Assembly (NCBI RefSeq): GCF_009914755.1
Contig: NC_060938.1
Strand: one strand, 5' to 3'
Length of the DNA stretch: 64,000 bases
Source: the human T2T-CHM13v2.0 reference genome, Homo sapiens
The stretch's first letter is position 1; each line of letters starts with the position of its first letter. Under the pieces are notes generated by a model. It made no database searches, had not been told where the DNA came from, and saw only the letters and a program-made list of their open reading frames with translations. The position numbers and the translations under genes were made by a program. Shown piece by piece: positions 18,752 through 34,961 of the stretch.

Positions 18752-19867
18752 TCACGTGGCCTTGCCTCGCCCCACCCGTCCCCAGATGCCAGGTAGTGAC
18801 CACAGGGTATTTTGGGTTAAAGTATACAATGACTCAAAAGTAATTTTGAACAGGATCTGAATGGGATCTGGCCAGATGAGTGTTTTGATATGTATTGTCA
18901 TCATGTCTATCTTATCATCCTGAGATAGGCTGTTAAGCTAAAGAAAGAGAAATCTCATCACATCTCCAGCCACCCTGGATGCTATAGCCCTGCAGGCAGG
19001 GCCCAACAGAAAGCTCACCTTCCTCTGGATAGAAACTAGGGAAAGAAAAGAGTCTATCTTTACTGTTTGAAGGATGCCTGAAACCTAATTTGAGCCCTCT
19101 TACCTTCTCCCAGCTGTAGCCAACTCTGAGCTCAATAGGAGTCATTAACCTCACACATCCATTGCGGGCGGTGTCCATCTAAGGAAGACCTTAAGATTGT
19201 CTGAGGAAGACCTTAAGATTTTGTCTACCCAGAGGCTAACAACAAAAGGTTTACAAAAGGGACAATTGGTGCCATTTCTCTATTTTCCTTTTTAAAAGCT
19301 CCTGCAATGTAAAGACCCTTTTCCTTTTGCTAGTCCTCAAGGCTAGTGAGTTTCAGAGGAATTGTGTTTGAAGGCTCAGGAAAATAAAAGCAGGCTGCTG
19401 GGAAGTTTGCTTTCAGAGGTCAAACTCCACAAAAGAAATGCAATAAAAAGAAGTCTAGGTGAGAGGCTCAGTAGGTGGTCAGATAATGGGTGCTTTGTGG
19501 ATGCAGCAGAGGAAGCCTTCTAAGAATGAATCAACTTGAGGACTGGAGCCTCGGGGAAACAAAGCAAAATAAGTGAAATCAAAAAACCTCACTAGGTGTG
19601 TTGTGATGGGCTGAGAAGAAAAGAACACTCACAAACACAGTGTGGAGCCTCAGGAAAACACATTCAAACAGCTGCTCTGTCTGTATCTAGTTTTTGAAAT
19701 TTGCCCAGGACAGGAGACATACCCACCACCTGTCAGAGTCTGTGAACACTTTGATATTCATTTCTCTTTGAAAAAATGATGCAACAAATGATTGTAGCTT
19801 GATGATGCCAACACACCTGCCACCACCTTCTGTTTGTTATTGCCTTTCCGTAAAGATTTGTCTAGAG

Positions 19868-20054
19868 CAGTGGTTCTCCCAATGTGGTCAGGACCAGCAG
19901 CAGCAGCATCACCTGTCAGGAATGCAAATTCTTATCCCCACCGCACTCCTCCCAGATCTGTTAAATCAGCAATTTTGGAAGCAAGTCCCAGTAATTTGTG
20001 TTTTAACAAGCCCTCCAGATGATTCTGATGCAAGCTCAAGTTTGAGAATCACTG
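19868..20054. mobile_element. MER5A-type hAT DNA transposon
   Basis: TIRs cagtggttctc / gagaatcactg; 8-bp TSD gtctagag / gtctatag. Confidence 0.85.
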
Positions 20055-21205
20055 GTCTATAGGAATGTGATGTTGCTGACCGGTTGATATAAATATCTAG
20101 CCTGGGTATTATTTTTCTTGCTATTAGTTTAGGAATAGTCTAGTTTATGTAGCAGGCTCTGGCCATGGTGGCTAGCACGCACCACACACAAATCTGTATT
20201 GTGAATCCCCAACAGGGATTAGAGTATGTGGTATTTCTCAAACTTATGTAATCATGAACTTTCTCTTTTGTGGAGCATCTCCCAGCACAGGTGTTCTGAG
20301 AGCCTGGTTTGGGATCAATGTCCCTGGGTCTTGAGGTCTCTAGCTGATTTCTGATGTTTATTATCTGGGACACCAGGCAACCCTCTGATTATTTTGGATT
20401 CCCAAGAAGACTTTTTTTCCCCTATGATAAGGGCTCTTTGTGAACATTTCTCACTCTGGAAACTAACATGCTGATATTTATGATATTTATTAAAATTTAT
20501 CAAATTTTCTCATAGGGGTAATTCTTCAAGGGGGCCTATCTTTCAGAATATATCTCTTCCTTTCATGAGCTAGCAAAGTTAAGAGTTGTGATCCCCATTT
20601 CACAGATGGAGAAAATGAGGCTCACTAAGAGGTGTCAGATCTTGAGCTATAGGCAGTTTCATATATTATCTCATTTAATTACAGACACAATCTGGAACCC
20701 TGTCCTGGGAACCAGCCTCATCCTCAGTCCTTCAGTGGATTACAAATATGACTAAATATCTTCAATGAACTGAACTAGATACAATAGGTCTGGTTTGACA
20801 TTAGATTTACAATATAATCCCTGCAAGATTTCTTACTTTGGTGGTGGGGGTTTGTAAACTTAATTCTACAAAAATGGAAACTAAACCCATTGTGTGTCTA
20901 CCTTTGGATGTAGCATTAGAGGTAGTGTGTGATTTACAAACAGTAGTTGCTGCTAGGAAGCTGGATTGCCTCTGAAATATTACAAGCCTCCTGGCTGCTG
21001 TGGTTGAAGATTTTCTGCTCTCCTCCTCAGTCCTCTGTAGCCACCACCTTCCCTACCCCATCAGCCTGGGCCATCTCCTACAACCCATCTTCACCTCTCA
21101 ACTCGCCCTGCCACAGTTCAGATCAGAGAGTAAACCCCTCCCGACAATTTTCCCACTCCAGCCTCAGACCCCTGCTCCCTCAAATACTGAATATAAGAAT
21201 ACCTA

Positions 21206-21370
<165 letters not shown>

Positions 21371-21559
21371 TTATTTGAGGAAAAGCACAACTGTAGATAC
21401 TGACTTTCACGCAAAAAAGCTTTCTTTGAAATATTCTTTTAATAATGTTTTTTATCAAGCATTTCTTACTCCCTTGGTCCCTCTCAATCTTACCTACTAA
21501 TTATTTCTCTTATTTCTGCTGCTGCTCTGGTAACCAGCTTTCTGTGGGCTTGGATCAAT

Positions 21560-21990
21560 TTCAGACAGGTGCAGTCTGATAGTGCCTGATTCCCGCCCGT
21601 TCCATGCACTTCTCACCTCCTGCCTAGGACTTCTGCAACTTCTACATGGGGCTTCTTTATGCACCCACACCCATGCATGTATAACCCAGAAGTACAAGAG
21701 GTAGGGCAAGCATCAGACCAGTGATAGACAGGAGCTGGTGCATAAATATTTCTCCCTCTCTCGCACTGATAGATAGTCCTGAGAAGAAGTAACACTGGGT
21801 CTTGGGGGCTTCTTCTCATAATTAATTAGTTTCAGTTAGCAGCAGCCAACATCATAATCCACCCCATATTTGCTCTCCCTTGACCTTGCTTTGGTCTCCT
21901 TATCCCATCCTCCTCTTTGGATTATACTCCCTAATAAAATAATAATGCAAAAGCCATTGCCTCAGGCTCTGCTTTTTGGGGGAACCCAAT
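21560..21990 (+). mobile_element. Old ERVL LTR (LTR16-like)
   Basis: aataaa followed by ctcaggctctgcttttt-gggggaacccaa 3' end. Confidence 0.45.
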
Positions 21991-22229
21991 GTATTAAAGA
22001 AATAATTATTCATCCATAAATAATAAGTCAGTGTAATCACGTATGACTTCAAAGGATTATCTCAGTGCATGACAGATGGTCAATATGCATGAATTTTTGA
22101 ACACTGCTGTTTAGGAAGGTGCTGGACTACTCATTTCTACACAGCAAACTCCCTAGAAACTAGCTGGTAGCTCTCCTGAGAGAGCTAGGACATTTTTTTT
22201 CTAGGCTACTAGTTAAATTGCTTGTTGCA

Positions 22230-22405
22230 GCAGGCTTTCTCAAACTTTGTGTCTCAAATATGCACATACATCATCTGGAGATCTTCTTAAAATGCAGCTT
22301 CTGATACAGTGGGTCTAGGGTGGGCCCAGAGATTCTGTATTTTCTCACAAGCTCTTACATGTTGCTTATGCTGCTGAACCAAAGACCACACTTTGAGTAG
22401 CAAGG
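22230..22405. mobile_element. MER5-type DNA transposon
   Basis: ttaaaatgcag...ctagggtgggcccagagattctg...gaccacactttgagtagcaag. Confidence 0.75.
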
Positions 22406-22696
22406 ACTTACGACATAAGGCCAACTAACTAAATTTGCATGGTTAAGCATTTAGCATGTATCAAGGACCTTATAAGCTATTATGGTATTTTCCCCCTTCT
22501 AAAATATGTTTTTCTGATTATAAAAGCAACCCAATCTAGAAACTAAAGAACAGCAAACAAAGAAAAAGAAAAACACTCTTAATTCTACCTTTGGTGTAGA
22601 TTCTTCTAAATCTGATTTTCTTTCCCTGCATGTATAGTTTGTTGTATTTTCCCTGGCAAACTAGACTAACACCAAGCATATTTTTTTAAACCCACT

Positions 22697-23360
22697 CTAT
22701 CAGTCAGGGTCCAATTAGGAGATAGAAATCTCACAGTAAATTGAAAAGGGAAAGTTTAATAGAATAAACAGAGGATTAGAGTAATTAGAGTATTAGGGAA
22801 TGGGTGGTAAGAAGTGAAGAGAACTTGAAAGCATTCAGAAATAGCAGACCTAAGGAGTAGCCACCATCCCTAGGGCTGAGATACGGTGCTCAAGGAAACA
22901 GCACCTGGAGACCTGGGAGCTAGGCCTCATTAGAGAGGCTGCGTCTCATTAGATCGTAAAGAAGTTCATGAAATGCTGGGCTGATGGAACTTGCTGGAAA
23001 TCTGCTCTCTGGGGGTGTTAGGGGTACCTGCCCACAGAGAGGTGCCATGCTTCAGAACTCACTACAAAACTACCCAAGGGGGTGCCAGAGAAGCTCTTCA
23101 TGCAGAGGTGCCTCATTGGTGGCTGAAGCTACTCAAGGGGTACTGGTGGAAGCTGCTGAGCACTGTGGACTGCTGGATGCTGCAGGACCATGGCCTGGAG
23201 AAGTTGCACACACTGCAAGAGTCAGCCAAGCTGAGCACACTGGAATCAGGAAGAGAACCCCTTCCTCCTCCATATCCCTCCTATGCCCTCTGCTGACAAA
23301 GCTGAACATTGTGCCAGCTGGTAAAGGGGAAAATTTACAGGGTCCAGCTTCCTTATCACA
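22697..23360 (-). mobile_element. Old ERVL LTR (LTR41-like)
   Basis: tatcagtcagggtcc...ctgacaaagctgaacattgtgccagctgg...ttatcaca. Confidence 0.55.
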
Positions 23361-23676
23361 AAGTAGAGGCAATAAATGGCTAACTGGAAAATCTACCTTT
23401 TTTTTTTTACTTATTAAGACCACTCTTTTTAGGTTGGGCTCTCTGGGAAACAGATTATAAAATGTGTGTGTAGAGCATTTATTGGGTAGTGCTCTGAGGA
23501 ACATCTCTTTGGAGGAAATAAAAAGCTGGGCAGAGGAGGAGGTTAAACTGTGATGAGCTTTGGAGCTATGATGATGCTCTGGAGTTGTTCTACATTGAGG
23601 CAAGGGAGCCAGACCTTTATACCCTCATAGTGACCAATCATGAATGCGGGTGGCAGGCACTGGGGAGAGAACATAA

Positions 23677-24002
<326 letters not shown>

Positions 24003-24084
24003 CCTTCTCTCTTTTGTTGAAGGTAATTCCTGGAGAAGAACTCAGCCAACAACATTCCTGGCTTCTGGAGAAATAAAGTTTGAC

Positions 24085-25375
24085 CCTTACCCCAAATATG
24101 AAATTTACCTAAAAAAAAAAAAAAAAAAAGAGATCGAAGACCTAAACATAAGAGCTTAAACTGTAACACTCTTAGAAGAAAACATAGGGAAAGCCTTCAT
24201 GGCATTGAATTTGGGAATGATTTCTTGACTGCATCAAAATTTAAAACTTTTGTGCTTCAAATGTCACTATCAACAGAGTGAAAAGGCAACCCATGGAATG
24301 GGAAAAAAATTTGCAAATCATATATCTAATCAGTGGTTAACATTCAGAATACATAAAGAACTCCTACAACTCAACAACAACAAAAAAGAACCTGATTAAA
24401 AGATGGATAAAGGACCTGAGTAGACATTTCTCCAAAGAAGATGTACCAAATGGCCAATGAGCAGACAAAAAGAAGCTCAACATCTCTAATCACTGGGGAA
24501 ATGCAAATCAAATCACAATAAGATACCACTTCACAGCCATTTGGATAACAACCAGATAAAACAAAAACAAAAAAATCTGGAAAATAACAAGTATTGGCAA
24601 AGATGTAGAGATACTGGAACCCTTGTGCATTGTTGGTGGAAACACAAAATGGTGCAGCCACTGTTGAAAACAGCAAGGCAGATCTCCAAAATATTGAATA
24701 TATGACTCTGTAAGATCTGACCCCAGTAAAAAAAAAAATTGAATGTACAATACAATCTAGCAATTCTGCTTATGCATAAATATACAAAAAAAATTGAAAG
24801 CAGGCACTTGGATACAGGTGGAGTATCCCTAATCCAAAAATCTGAAAACTGAAATGCTCCAAAGAACATTTCCTTTGAGCATAATTTTGGAAATGCTCCA
24901 AAACCCCAAACCTTTTGAGCACCTACATTATGATCAAAGGAAATGCTCAATGAAGCATTTCAGATTTATGGATTAAGGATGTTCAACTGGAAAGTATAAT
25001 GTAAATATTCCAAATTCAAAAAAAAAATCAGAAATTGGAAACACTTCTAGTCACAACTGTTTTGGATAAGGGATGCTCAACCTGCATTTGGATACCATGT
25101 TCATAACAGCATTATTCACAACAGCTAAAAGATGGGAGCAACCCAACTGACAATTTGCAGATGAATGGATAAGGAAATGTGATAGATACCAACAATGGAA
25201 TATTATTCAGCCTTAAAAAGAAAGGCAGTTCTGACACATACAACAGTATGAATGAACCTTGAGGATATTATGCTAAGTGAAGGAAGCCGGTCATGAGGAC
25301 AAATACTGTATGATATTACTTATATGAGGTACCCAGAGTAGCCAAAACTCAGAGACAGAAAGTAGAATGATGGTT
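24085..25375 (+). mobile_element. L1MB-type 3' fragment interrupted by a Tigger element
   Basis: L1 ORF2 3' and UTR motifs on both sides of the insertion. Confidence 0.8.
24815..25084. mobile_element. Tigger4/MER46-type Tc1-mariner MITE
   Basis: TIRs caggtggagtatccctaatccaaaa / ttttggataagggatgctcaacctg, inserted at TA. Confidence 0.82.
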
Positions 25376-25613
25376 TAGGCCAGCCAAGTTGCCTAATTTA
25401 ATTGGATAAATACCAATTTGGAATGGGCTGATCCATTTATCTATAGTCTATTTAGAAACCAAATTATATAAATTCAAGTGTTATATATACTATTTCCACT
25501 TAAAATATAAAAGAAAATTATTACGGACCTTACTGTGTTTGTGTCATGTATGCTTTCTAGCTCTATCTTACATGAGCAATAACTATGAAACTTATCTTGT
25601 TGAAAGTACTTCA

Positions 25614-25796
<183 letters not shown>

Positions 25797-26565
25797 TTAA
25801 AAAGTTAAGACACTAAAATAGTAAGATTGATTTCCTAAACAATGCCCTACAAATGTTTTCAGGGGTCAAAATATAATTTCACTAAATATCTTCTGCCATT
25901 ATTTTTATTTGGAACAGAAACTGGGAAAAGTATCTACAATCACTATTTAAGGTGTCTGTTAGTTTATCTCTTAATTTCTATTGATTTTATTCTACTGAGA
26001 AATTATCTTTTCTTTATGAGTATCTGTTTCTTATATGCAGTTTCAATCCATTTAAAAGGAAAGACTAACAAAAATAGTAATATTGAGAAAGAAAGCTACT
26101 TATTAAAATATGGAAATTGCCTATAAAAATATGCTTAGGTATAAAAAAAATGGTTTTCTCATACACACCTACAAACCCAAACAAGTAGGTAAAGCTGTTA
26201 TTATTACTTTTAGCTGAGGCTACTTTAAGAAAGGAAACACTGCTAAGAAATCAGTTGGTGGGAAAAAATAGATAAATCATCTTTTAAATAAACTGTCATA
26301 ATAGCTATAGCTATTTTATGACCTGAGAAACTGCCATTATATTTTATGAATTATAAAAAGCAGACTATATAATTACATATATAGCATCATCACTTTTCTG
26401 TAAAAAATGAAATTCAATGCAGTTATCACCTATACCCTGAAAATAGAAAGTATATTCATCAGCATTAATAGTGATTATTTTAATGTGGTCCTTTTGCTTA
26501 TCTATTTTTTCTTAATTTTTCAAAGTCAACATGTATTACTTTTAAAAATAAAAGGATTGATCTGG

Positions 26566-26875
26566 TTTTTTGTTTTTTTGTTTTTTTTTTTTTGAGATGG
26601 AATCTCACTCTGTTGACCAGTCTGGAGTGCAGTGGGTCAATCTCAGCTCACTGTAACCTCTGCCTCCTGGTTTCAAGCAATTCTCCTACAAGCCTCCCAA
26701 GTAGCTAGGATTACAGGCTCCCGCCACCTTGCCAGGCTAATTTTTGTATTTTTAGTAGAGATGGAGTTTCACCATGTCTCGGCCAGGCTAGTCTCAGACT
26801 CCTGACCTCAAGTGATCCACCCATCCTGGCCTCCCGGAGTGCTGGGATTACAGGCGTGAGCCACCATACCCAGCC
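26566..26875 (-). mobile_element. Alu (AluS-type)
   Basis: Reverse Alu, TSD core tgatct. Confidence 0.94.
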
Positions 26876-27888
26876 TGATCTCTGTTGTTTAAGAGATTTC
26901 ACGGCTCAGATATTAAATGAATACAGACTAGATACTTTAACCACAATAAATATTTTGGCCTCTTAAAATCCTAGCGAAAGACATAACTGAAAGAAAGAAC
27001 CAAGCAGGGAAAAATGTTTTCACAGCACCACAGAGCTGCACAACACACATGATCCCTCAGTGTTTACGTGTACCTACTCAAGTAGGATTGTAAAGTATGA
27101 TTATGTAGTATAGATATATATATGTGTATAATTATATAAAATATAAAGTAGTAAGAGTTTTATCAGCAGTCTGTGGATTCAAACTCATTTACAGCCATAT
27201 TTCAACATTTTTAGCAATTTGATATGTAGTAAATTCTTATCCAATATTTTTAAATAAAATGGAGAGCCTTCACTACTCTGACTGTGCCAAGGAAGCATTG
27301 TCAATGTGATCCTTGGCCGAACAGAGATGTCTGTGACACCTCAGAAGGAAATTCTTTAAATATTTCTTCAACATGTCTTTGATAGGGGCCAGTTAAGTGT
27401 AATTGAAAGAGTTTCTCTTTGTTTTCACTAACAGTACCGTCTACTTCAGTGGAACATATGTCAAATAATCTTTGACCAGTTATGCAAGGAATTGCTTACA
27501 GAGAACTGAGTTAATTAGCACCATGCTTGCAATTTATTCCAGAGATTGTGTGTTTGTTTGTTTTAAGCAATGCTTATATATTGGTGTCCCAAGCATTTGC
27601 CCATGTGGTCCACCTCTTAACTGAACCGTATTATCACCCACATTGCTTTCTCTAAATGAGCTTGCCCTCATCCACAGCCATAAGCCCATAATTTAGTTTT
27701 CTTCATGGAAAATCAAGTAACAATCCACAGTTGATCAATAATTGTGCAAATCCTTACAAAATTGAGAGAAAAATATTTTTAAGTTCAGGGTAACTATATT
27801 CCCTAGTCATCTACTTAATACTTTGAACAGAATTGGTGCGAAATGAAAGTTTGAAGAAATATGTGGAAGATTGAAGAAATGGTTCTTA

Positions 27889-28023
<135 letters not shown>

Positions 28024-28443
28024 TTATCTATCCAAATCCTACTTAACCTTTTATGATCTAGCTCAAATGCTTACTCGGCTGGAAGTTACATCTTCAGTCT
28101 CTGAATTTTTATTGTACATTACACTAATCTCTTTTGTACTTATTTCCTATTCCATAATGTTATAATTTAGGTATATATTTTATGCTCCTTGAGGACAAAT
28201 GTGCTGGAGATTTACATATTAATATTTTATAACTCAGGGCAAGAGGGTGTAATGATTTTTTTTTCCTATGAAATATGTTCTGAGTGTCTAGACATTAACA
28301 GAAAAATGTATTTGTACATAAGTACTAGGGTTGCATTGGCATGCAGATCTAGAGATCAAGTATGAAAAGAGTTCAAGGTTCTAGGTCTGTCATTGACAGT
28401 GACCTCAGATACATGTGAATAATTTAGGTCTTAATAACTTTAG

Positions 28444-28827
<384 letters not shown>

Positions 28828-29529
28828 TAGCGCATTTAAGAAGGAAAATAAAAACTATCCCAAATTAATAGTAACATTGTAACATAAATCAATACGATTA
28901 TCTTGAAGAAATGGGATGATTCTAGTGAAGCACTGAAATGTTTTGTTGTTTGGCCTAAACGGTTTTTGCACCGAACAAGAAACACCCTTTCTTGGATTGT
29001 CTTACCTTAAGCTTAAGTGACTTGATTACAGGTTCAGCTTTCTAACTGAAAAATACTTTAACCTGGCCCTATCCAAGGTCATTTTCTATTAGAATCTCCT
29101 AAACAACCCTTTACATCTAATTTTTCTTGCTCAACACAACAGAAGCCTCTTAAACACTCCCTTTCCTATTTGCTTGTTAAATTCTCCAGTTTGCCACGGC
29201 AAAATGTCGGAGGAAGTTAACTTGTAAAGGAACGGCAAGAAGAGAACTGAAATCGAAGGCATAATCTAAATGCAGGTGTGTAATCAGGTCGCAGGCATAG
29301 GGCAGTGGCTTGGGAGTCCCGGATTTGTCACCTCAGTAATTTAACTACTACTGAGGGTTGAGCGAAGTCACCTCAGCTGCGCTAGGGCAGGAGATCTGGG
29401 CACTTGGTCCCACCCGCCACCTCTCTCTCCCCAGCCTCCAAGGAGCGGGGAGAAGGCTCTGCCCTGCCCAGTGATGCCCTGGTTCCGGGAGGAGAGTCCC
29501 CGCTCAGGGTTCCCGCTGAGTGCCTCCTA

Positions 29530-29745
<216 letters not shown>

Positions 29746-29784
29746 CTACTTGAGCGCCTCCTAAGCCAGAGCCAAGGATTGCCG

Positions 29785-29799
29785 GTTGCCACGGGCAAC
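29785..29799. promoter_or_regulatory. RFX X-box (GTTGCC-ACG-GGCAAC)
   Basis: Exact match to GTNRCC(N0-3)RGYAAC with perfectly palindromic half sites, 49 nt upstream of the CCDC175 ATG. Confidence 0.75.
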
Positions 29800-30195
29800 G
29801 AGGACACCGAGGTCGTGGGGCGCCCCCTCGTGGCCCGCACCTCTAGTAGGTACCCTCCTGGTTCTCTAATTTTATCCACGATAATTAAGCAGTCTGGGAA
29901 GAATGACTCTCTCTTTAGCTAATTTTTCCCCTTTCAATTTCCATTGCGTTAGTTCAGGCCTGTATCTTTTTTGTGGGCCACTGGAATCATAATAATGATC
30001 ACTTTTGAGCGCATCTTTGTGCCGGATACTGCAGGAGAACCTTTATATACAGTAGCTCACTTAATCTTCACAAGGACTTTGTGAGCAGGCTCTTTTAGTA
30101 CCTCCACTTTTACAGACACGTAAACTGAGGCGCGGGCGACTAAATGAACGGCTCAAGACCACAAGAGGATAATATTGGATTTAAAGTGACGTCTG

Positions 30196-30498
30196 GGCCG
30201 GGCGAGGTGGCTCACGCCTGTAGTCCCAGCACTTTGGGAGGCCAAGGCGGGAGGATCACCTGTGGTCATGAATTCAAAACCAGCCTAATCAACATGGTGA
30301 AACCCCATCTCTACTAAAAATACAAAAATTAGCCGGGCGTGGTGGCGCGTGCCTGTAGTCCCAGCTACTCAGGAGGCTGAGGCAGGACAATCGCTTGAAC
30401 CCGGGAGGAAAAGGTTATAGTGAACCGAGATCTCGCCATTGCACTCCAGCCTGGGCGACAAGAGCTAAACTCCATCTCAAAATAATAAAATAAAATAA
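30196..30498 (+). mobile_element. Alu inserted in a MIR (about 29990-30540)
   Basis: 14-bp TSD taaagtga(c/a)gtctg at 30182-30195 and 30499-30512. Confidence 0.95.
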
Positions 30499-31782
30499 TA
30501 AAGTGAAGTCTGTATGACTCTTTCTACTATGCTACAAAACCTTCTTTTGTACTATTTTAGAACTTTCCTTGTATCTAGTACATCACTGAGCACATTTTGC
30601 CTTGAATCATAGTGATTTTTCTCTGTCTTCCCATCGAACTGTGAGCTCTGTGATGACGGGGACAGGAGGATATTATTCATTTTTCTCTGCATCTCCAAAA
30701 TTCAGCTTAGCATGAGGCTTAGGTTGAGTCTGTCAGTTCCTTTTCCTCTGGTGGGTTAGAGAGAAGCAAAGGTGATTCAACCCTCCTCTTCTTTTCTCTA
30801 CAGATGGCAAAATTGAAATTAGAATGATAGTAACAATGACAATAGCTATCAATTGTTAAATGCTTATTTTGTTCCAGGCACTGTTTTAAATACTTTGCAG
30901 TACCCCATTTAACCCTCACAAATAATCTTTTGAGCTAGGTATTATTGCCTGCTTTGCAAGTGAGGGCACTGAGCTACATCCTAAACCACTGTGCAACACT
31001 GCCTTGGAGGGGACACAGCATACCAGTAGCAGAACTAGTTCTAGAATCCAGGCCTCCTTCATCCAGGGAGTGCCATATTTTGGTGTTGGAAACCATCCTG
31101 GACAACATCCTCCTTTTTTGCTGGATTTGGTCTATTGGTATTCAAATCTGTTCCTGCCCTTCTGGGCCCTCCTCTGTGTGGCAGGAGTAAGAAGACTGGA
31201 TATGAAATTTCCTGGATGTCCTTGCCACCTGTTTTCTTGGTAAGTTCCACTAATGGGAAACACTTGAGGGAGATTAGAAGGCCGAGAAATCATGCATTTC
31301 TGCCTCCAGAAGTGGTAGTTTCAGGCTACAGTTGACTGTAGGTCCCAGCAGTTTTGGTGGCTCTAGAAGTGGCAGGAGTAGGAGCCAAGTGACTCCAGCA
31401 GTCTCCAGCTGCTCAGCACTATATGTGAGCTTGTGCGTACAGTACAGGTGTTATGGCAGCTCTGATGTCTGGGGTCTTCTTTATCTTCTTACCCTTTGGC
31501 TTCTATACCCCTTGTAACAAATTCCTTGTGATATACTTCTCTCTTCTGGAAATATCTAGACTGGACTACTTCAAGGCAACCCTTAAGCTGTCACCAGAAG
31601 ACTCTTCTTACATATCGCATCATTTGGATCACATTGCTCTCCATTATCTATGAATAAAGGCTAATCTTAAGGGGGCATTTTGTGTCCTCCCCACTTACTG
31701 GATTTGTTACAGATTTTCTTACATTTCTCTATTTCCCTTCATGTCTCTAATACTTTCTTTTTCCCTGAACTTTGTGAGAAAG

Positions 31783-32743
31783 TTACATGTACATACACAT
31801 ACATATGTATAAAGTGGGAAAAGCAAGTTGAAAAAGAAACGTACAGTATTCAATTAATATTTAATTTTTATAAATTAAATATTTTGTGAGAGATGATCAG
31901 CTTCTAACTTGTCTCATGGTTCCTTTTATATGGGATGCCCTGTACAAAATTCAACCACAATTTTTCAAAGGAAACTTTATAAATTCTGAAATAGAAATCT
32001 AGGCAAACAACATGAATCATCACTTAATAAAAGAAAAAAAATTCCGAGAAACATACGGAAAGAACATTTACCCTCATTAGCATTCAAAGAAAAATAATAC
32101 TCTCATTTTCTCATAATATTAAGATTAAAAAGAATAATACTTCAAAGTATTGACACTGGGAATATGCATACTATCTGAAGGACAATTTGGAAATTTGTGT
32201 AAGGAGCCTTGACATACAGTAATTCTTCTAAGAATTGTTCTTAAAGAAATAATCACAGGTTTGTCCATGGGCATAGGTATGAACTTGTTTATTGCAGTCC
32301 TGTTTTAAATACTGAAAAATAGCCCAAATGATCTACAGTAGGACACTGTTGTTAAGTAATTTATGGGACATCCATGCAGTGGAACAATCTAGAAGGCAAT
32401 CCGCCATGTGGTTAAGAGCTTGGGTTCTGGTGGATTTAAATGCGTTCCACTACTGATTGGATGGAGTATCTCCTGAGACAGCCTCCCAGCTCATGCTGCC
32501 AGTGTCTCAGCTCTAAAGGGGTGGTGACGGTGATAGGAGTTCTCAGTTCATAGGATTGTTCAAAGGATTAAATTAAGTGAGCACATGGTAGATACTTAAA
32601 AAACACTAATGATAAAGTAATAATAGGGTACCTATTAAGAATAATGGGTAGAAATTTACATGTACATACACATACATATGTATAAAGTGGGAAAAGCAAG
32701 TTGAAAAAGAAATGTACAGTATTCAATTAATATTTAATTTTTA
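31783..32743 (+). repeat. 88-bp dispersed direct repeat (31783-31870 and 32656-32743)
   Basis: 87/88 identical by direct comparison. Confidence 0.93.
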
Positions 32744-32868
32744 CAAGTCCATATATCTATAGAGATGTATATAGGTATATCTCTATAAACATATGCATAG
32801 AAAATGGTCTGAGAAGAATTGTTCACTAAAATGTTACCTGTAGTTATTCCTGGTTAGTGAAATTATAG
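32020..32868 (+). mobile_element. L1ME-type 3' fragment with an internal MIR
   Basis: Degenerate L1 3' motifs; MIR-like gtggttaagagc...ggattaaat at about 32400-32620. Confidence 0.55.
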
Positions 32869-32869
32869 A

Positions 32870-33748
<879 letters not shown>

Positions 33749-34524
33749 GAAATAATGGACACATAAAAAAAGATTTCTCAGCCTTCACTACTTACAGCTG
33801 GTGTGCACTTGGCCAAAATGCATGTCCTTTTCTCATGTATTTTTACTTTGGTAACACAAACAGATACATTTATCTTTCAGGCAGTATTTTAAAGAGGACT
33901 TTTGCTGAACAGCCAGTATGACATTGAGAATCCTCCAGTCTGGTGCTGACATAGATTTTTAGTTATCATAAAGCAAGTTTGTTTCTGTTTAGCCCTTGCT
34001 GCTGTTAGAGCCAGGGAAAGAACCCAACTGATCCTTGGAGTTTGGCCCCTAACTTGCACAGGAATGAATACGATCATATGTTCTGGCAGGTTTGCAGTCT
34101 CTGTATGTGAGGTCTATATCGTATTTGATGATAACATTGCTTTTACAGCATCTTTGCATAAATCTAGTATCTCTAGGCAAAGTCTAAACTCCTTGGGCCT
34201 AGACCCTGAGTTAGATCAAGGCAAGGTTCCATTCTTGGTAGTTGGGTCAAACATCTCACATATAGAAAGTGGTTGCCTGTTTCACTGCTTTGTGCATGTT
34301 ATCATTTCATCATCAAGCTTGTTGCCTCATGGTCACAGATGGCTGCTGCAGCCCCAGACATCCCACCCTTGTGCAAAGGCAGGGAGAAGTGGAAAGGAGC
34401 CACATGTAGAAGCTCTTCTTCCTTTTCCTCAAGGAAGAAAATCTGCTCAGAGTCCCATACACTTCCTTTTATGTCTCAGCGGCTAGAGCTGGATCCCAAG
34501 GCCACCCATGAAAAAGCGGTTAGA

Positions 34525-34961
<437 letters not shown>

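Noticed and set aside
22984-23603. Overlapping 158-aa and 156-aa ORFs on opposite strands
   Set aside because: They lie in old LTR remnants, with no recognisable domain or exon structure; chance ORFs.
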